A DNA stretch of 64,000 nucleotides from an uncultured Fibrobacterota bacterium (GTDB taxonomy: Bacteria > Fibrobacterota > OXYB2-FULL-49-7 > JAEUSG01). Location: assembly GCA_964590225.1 (NCBI GenBank), contig CAZPWS010000013.1:2110-66109 (forward strand), in the 5' to 3' direction. The position numbers and the translations under genes are program-made. The notes beneath the pieces are model-generated. The model ran no database searches, was not told the DNA's origin, and saw only the letters and a list, made by a program, of their open reading frames with translations. This document shows positions 60,311 to 64,000 of the stretch, in pieces; position 1 is the first letter of the stretch; every line of letters begins with the position of its first letter.

Positions 60311-62302
60311 ATGACTATACAGCCAATCAATAGAAGGAGTACAAGAGTCTTTTTGCCGGTTCTGCTCCTTTTTATTTTCAATTACACTTATCCCAACCCC
60401 ACCCCATCATTTTTGTATGTAAATGACTCCGCATGGAAATCTATCGAGTGGAAGATGGATTTTAAAGACAGCATTGGTCTCCGCTTTATAGATAACAAAA
60501 GCTTAACAAACAATTCCGAAATCATTGCCATGGCTGGAAATGATATCAAGCGGTCAAATTTATTTGGGAAGCTACCTTTAAGTAGTGAGCTGTGGCAGCA
60601 ATTCTATATCGATTCTGTAAGTTTTGAAAACAACAACGATTTAACACATTTTACAGTCTTAAAAACATATTTCTCTGAACTTGCTGGCACAGACTTACCC
60701 AGCCAAATCTTATCGCTGCGCCTGAATCAAAAAGGGTTGGTTTTTGATTTTACACCATCCAAAGATACAGCTACTCATAAATCATTTTTGTATAATTCCT
60801 CCTTCTCAAAACCATTGCGTATTGAATGCGGCTATCTCTTCCATAGCAATGAATCTCTTTCTTTTGAACTACATATTAACGGAAAGCATGAACTTTCAAA
60901 AATGTTGCCGATTAATTTTTCAGCCGACTTCTTTATGTCACAAATAGTAAATCACATTAACAATAGGTCAAACCTCGCAAAAGCACACATAGGCGGGTTT
61001 GCCGTGTCAACAAATAGGAATATCGACATCCCAACCATCCCAACTGGAATTTACGACTCAATTGTTGCCAATCGTCTATTTATTAAGAACAGCGCATGGG
61101 ACGGTCGATTGGATAAAAAAACCATTAAAGCCGTGAGAGTAAGGCTTTTTGATATGGCAGATACAGCGACACCTATTTACGACAACATATACACAGATCC
61201 ATTCTTTTTTTCGCGCTTTGTTGAAATACCATTTCCTCTTGATACAGGTAATTACTGCTTCGATTTGTCCTACAAGAATACCTTTGACAGGTGGGGACAT
61301 TTTAGTGCAAAGAAATTTGTAACTATTGACTCGATAGCCAAAGCAAAATACAATTTGATTAATTTCTCTATTGGGAAAAGTAAGTATCTCAAATCTGGCA
61401 AATGGTATAAAGCCGAATTAAACTTGCGTGGCTCTTTACCAGACGATTTTTCCTATTTTATTGCCAACCTACACCACCATTCTTATACGCTTGGACACCC
61501 GGGAAACAAGGGTGGACCATACTACAGCAGTACAAATTACTCCTTTAATCTTTCCTTTACAAAAGACTCTATTATTGCCTTTGAGAGAATAGAAGAAGGA
61601 ACAATGAGGTCGAAGAGAGTGGGTAAAAAGGGTGTTTATACCGATATCCGTTCCGCCCGTATAATAGAAAAAGCGGGGGTTACTACAATTAAGTTTAGCG
61701 CAAGACTACTTAACAACGCTTTACCTGGAGAGTGGAAACTTGGCGCATGGTTTATTGACCCTGATGGCATTGTTTCCAATGTCCACAGAAAAAATATTAT
61801 TGTTGAAGAGACAAAGTTGGCATGGAATGGAAAAAAAACAAAATTAACGATAGTCATTGCTTTAGCAGCCATACTGGTGATAACAGCCATTTATCTTAAA
61901 TTCTTTCGATTCGGCGATGGCTCGCATAAAGATAGAGGAGGGAATGAAAAATGGAAACCAGACAGTCGCTATTCTGAAATAGTAAATTACATCAACGAAC
62001 ATATCAAGGAAGAGATAACCGTGACTACAATCAGGCAACATCTTGGAATTAGTGAAAGAAAGTTTCATGGTTTGCTTAAGAAGAATAGCCCCTATTCATT
62101 CTCACAGCTTATCAATAAAATAAGGGTTGAAAAGGCTGCCGGTATGCTGCTTACACAGGAAGAAAAAAATATTACAGAGGTTGGCTACGAAGCAGGTTTT
62201 AACGATTCAGCCTACTTTTCCAGAATTTTTAAAAAGGAAAAGGGAGTTTCTCCAAGGGAATTCAGGGAATCGGAACGCAAAAAAATTGATTCCGGACTAT
62301 AA
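60311..62302 (+). CDS. membrane-anchored AraC-family transcriptional regulator with an N-terminal extracytoplasmic domain of about 480 aa
   Basis: N-terminal signal/anchor, a TM segment LTIVIALAAILVITAIYLKFF (nt about 61841-61905), and a C-terminal AraC HTH (ITEVGYEAGFNDSAYFSRIFKKEKGVSPREFR). Confidence 0.8.
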   Translation: MTIQPINRRSTRVFLPVLLLFIFNYTYPNPTPSFLYVNDSAWKSIEWKMDFKDSIGLRFIDNKSLTNNSEIIAMAGNDIKRSNLFGKLPLSSELWQQFYIDSVSFENNNDLTHFTVLKTYFSELAGTDLPSQILSLRLNQKGLVFDFTPSKDTATHKSFLYNSSFSKPLRIECGYLFHSNESLSFELHINGKHELSKMLPINFSADFFMSQIVNHINNRSNLAKAHIGGFAVSTNRNIDIPTIPTGIYDSIVANRLFIKNSAWDGRLDKKTIKAVRVRLFDMADTATPIYDNIYTDPFFFSRFVEIPFPLDTGNYCFDLSYKNTFDRWGHFSAKKFVTIDSIAKAKYNLINFSIGKSKYLKSGKWYKAELNLRGSLPDDFSYFIANLHHHSYTLGHPGNKGGPYYSSTNYSFNLSFTKDSIIAFERIEEGTMRSKRVGKKGVYTDIRSARIIEKAGVTTIKFSARLLNNALPGEWKLGAWFIDPDGIVSNVHRKNIIVEETKLAWNGKKTKLTIVIALAAILVITAIYLKFFRFGDGSHKDRGGNEKWKPDSRYSEIVNYINEHIKEEITVTTIRQHLGISERKFHGLLKKNSPYSFSQLINKIRVEKAAGMLLTQEEKNITEVGYEAGFNDSAYFSRIFKKEKGVSPREFRESERKKIDSGL

Positions 62303-62319
62303 TAAATTATTTTAGAAAA

Positions 62320-62976
62320 ATGGGCAACGAACGGATTCTTTTCTTTGAAGATGGAGCAGATGGCGGATTTCCTATCAGGCTAATGAAGGATGGCCTTGCT
62401 CATCTTAACGATAAAGGCGGCAGCCTTTTCCTTGATCTATCGCGTGCACGAACGATAGATAGTCGCACTATCGGAGCCGTGGTTAATCTTACGAACAAAT
62501 ACAATAAATCAGGCAACCGTTTTATTCTGCGCAATGTAAACGAATCTATTATTAAAATATTTGACTTCATGAATCTAACACAATTCCTAACAATAGAACA
62601 AATAAGCAGGCAAAATAAACAGGATACAGAATGCGAAAAACTTACTGTTGACTACGATACCATAGGTAAATTTGGAATATTCAGGTTCAACGGCGCTATT
62701 GATTCTTCCTGCGATTCGGCCATGTTTCTTAACATTATTAATAAAATTGTTGGTGATGGAAATCCAATGCTCATTGATATGAGCGGCATTACATCAATTG
62801 ATAGTCTTGGTGTTGGAGTAATAATTCGGCTTATAAAACTAATGCGCGAAGGAAAGGCTGAGGTAAGATTTTTTGGTGCAAGTGAACACCTTGCCAAAAT
62901 TTTCCACATCAATCAACTTGACTCGGTTATAAACATATACCCCTCTGCCGAGGAGGCAATGAAGGGGTTCGCCTAA
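62320..62976 (+). CDS. tandem STAS-domain protein (two anti-sigma-factor-antagonist-like domains)
   Basis: Two copies of the STAS pattern: LDLSRARTIDSRTIGAVV...NVNESIIKIFDFMNL and IDMSGITSIDSLGVGVII...GASEHLAKIFHINQL. Confidence 0.7.
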   Translation: MGNERILFFEDGADGGFPIRLMKDGLAHLNDKGGSLFLDLSRARTIDSRTIGAVVNLTNKYNKSGNRFILRNVNESIIKIFDFMNLTQFLTIEQISRQNKQDTECEKLTVDYDTIGKFGIFRFNGAIDSSCDSAMFLNIINKIVGDGNPMLIDMSGITSIDSLGVGVIIRLIKLMREGKAEVRFFGASEHLAKIFHINQLDSVINIYPSAEEAMKGFA

Positions 62977-63881
62977 TACGCTTCTCTAAAAGAATCGTTT
63001 TCTTTAAACCGTCTGTGCGCCCATAGCCATTGCGTTGGGTTTTGCATAATAGCTTCACTTATAGCATTATTGATTGCCAGGCTTATTGCATTCACTTTGT
63101 CTGACTCATTACCGACAATAGCCCGACTTACATCGAGAGAAGAAAGATCAATCCGGTAATTTCCGATAGATTTTCTTATAACATGTATAACAAATATTGG
63201 AGCCCCTGTTTTTATATGCAAAACAGAGGCAGTTGAATTTGTCCGCGCATCAAACTGTAAGAAGGGAATAAAAGGTTCACCTGACCTGTACTGATCAAGG
63301 AATATTCCTGCAATATTATTTTCACGGAGCGATTTTAAAAGCAAGACAGCCCTCTTTCTGCCGGCAGATGGAGCGAGAATGGATATTCCTGCATGAGCCT
63401 GAAAAAGCTCTCTTACTTTCTGCAAAATAGAGATCTTTACGCTCTTAACGGCTACTGTTACCGGAATGTCATGACGCGACAAAAATGGCCCGATAGCCTC
63501 CCACAGCCCAACATGTCCACCCGTCAAGACAACACCATTTCTTTGTTGCGACAGCGTTTCTTTTAATTCATCAATATTATCGCAACAGAACATTTTATCC
63601 ATCTTTTTGACATTTTTAGGATTGATAGAAATAAGAAGTATCAGCTCAATTATAAGTTTTCCGTAATGGATATAGTTTCCTATTACAAGCTTTTCAATAG
63701 CAAACCAATTATCTGTGAAGCCATACTTTTTATAAACCATCCTAATCTGGAAACGGATAAGGTGCCTGCGATACGGTATAAAGAGATATATTAACAGACC
63801 TAAAAAAGCCCCAACTGTTTCAAGCAGTGGGGCTGGTACAAACGAAATACACCGACTAAATAATTTCAGAAAAAAAATCAC
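62973..63881 (-). CDS. lipid A biosynthesis (LpxL/HtrB-type) lysophospholipid acyltransferase family protein
   Basis: N-terminal TM, a GGHVGLWE (HxxxxE-type) motif, and NPTQWLWAHRRFK at the C-terminus. GTG start. The stop overlaps the STAS gene stop. Confidence 0.7.
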   Translation of the reverse strand: MIFFLKLFSRCISFVPAPLLETVGAFLGLLIYLFIPYRRHLIRFQIRMVYKKYGFTDNWFAIEKLVIGNYIHYGKLIIELILLISINPKNVKKMDKMFCCDNIDELKETLSQQRNGVVLTGGHVGLWEAIGPFLSRHDIPVTVAVKSVKISILQKVRELFQAHAGISILAPSAGRKRAVLLLKSLRENNIAGIFLDQYRSGEPFIPFLQFDARTNSTASVLHIKTGAPIFVIHVIRKSIGNYRIDLSSLDVSRAIVGNESDKVNAISLAINNAISEAIMQNPTQWLWAHRRFKENDSFREAY

Positions 63882-63892
63882 GGCAACGGTTG

Positions 63893-64000
63893 TCAGCTTC
63901 TCCAGAGACCATGTTTATTGCAATAAGCTCTCGCATACACAGAACCATCAAACGATCCAGTAAACACTGCTTCAGGTTTATCTCCCGCTTTCAGAAACTT
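63893..64000 (-). CDS. C-terminal 35 codons of a superoxide reductase (desulfoferrodoxin/neelaredoxin)-like gene (the rest lies outside the window)
   Basis: Reverse translation gives KFLKAGDKPEAVFTGSFDGSVYARAYCNKHGLWRS*. The YCNxHGLW ending is characteristic of SOR. Confidence 0.5.
   Translation of the reverse strand, partial: KFLKAGDKPEAVFTGSFDGSVYARAYCNKHGLWRS

Overview
This is a 64-kb, moderately AT-rich chromosomal segment from a Gram-negative bacterium. Shine-Dalgarno sites are used. Several secreted proteins end in FlgD-Ig/T9SS-type C-terminal sorting domains, which suggests the FCB superphylum or a neighbouring candidate phylum (Fibrobacterota-like); this taxonomy is inference only. 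I saw no rRNA, tRNA, CRISPR array, transposase, integrase or phage genes. Gene packing is very tight, with many 4-17 nt start/stop overlaps and two convergent gene pairs that have no intergenic terminator. Layout: (1) 1-4314, minus strand: ilvD-ilvB-ilvN-ilvC', preceded by a leader that carries an intrinsic-terminator hairpin. (2) 4657-17586, plus strand: an orphan MalK/MsmX-type ABC ATPase, then a surface-glycan / extracytoplasmic glycosylation cluster (UPF0104 flippase-like, YfhO, RmlD-like, polyprenol-P-mannose synthase-like, two GT2 proteins), a TM-GAF sensor, nfo and thiC. (3) 17634-43471, minus strand: a roughly 25-kb co-directional array. It holds a DUF454 protein, a ferredoxin:thioredoxin-reductase-like/rubredoxin fusion with a glutaredoxin-like protein, an epimerase, gmhA, an aldo-keto reductase and secA. 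Upstream of secA (higher coordinates) lies the most interesting block: FliL-like and PilZ-like small proteins, an AgmX/PglI-type TonB-like protein, ExbD, an ExbB-ExbD fusion, ExbB, a small secreted protein, two TPR proteins (1441 and 532 aa) and a 1015-aa surface protein (9 CHB_HEX_C-like repeats, PKD, FGE/GldJK-like domain). The array is completed by a CDP-alcohol phosphatidyltransferase, recN, guaB and a DUF164 zinc-ribbon protein. (4) 43674-53736, plus strand: an HTH-PilZ regulator followed by a 3142-aa adhesin-like protein with a C-terminal sorting domain. (5) 53739-60177, minus strand: four secreted proteins, three with sorting domains. (6) 60311-62976, plus strand: a membrane-anchored AraC regulator and a tandem-STAS protein. 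(7) An LpxL-like acyltransferase and the 3' end of a superoxide-reductase-like gene. The best candidate for an undescribed system is the motor/TPR/FGE block at 24497-38359, together with two PilZ-type (c-di-GMP) proteins and the neighbouring sorting-domain cargo genes. All functional calls rest on motif recognition by eye in the supplied translations; no database search was run.
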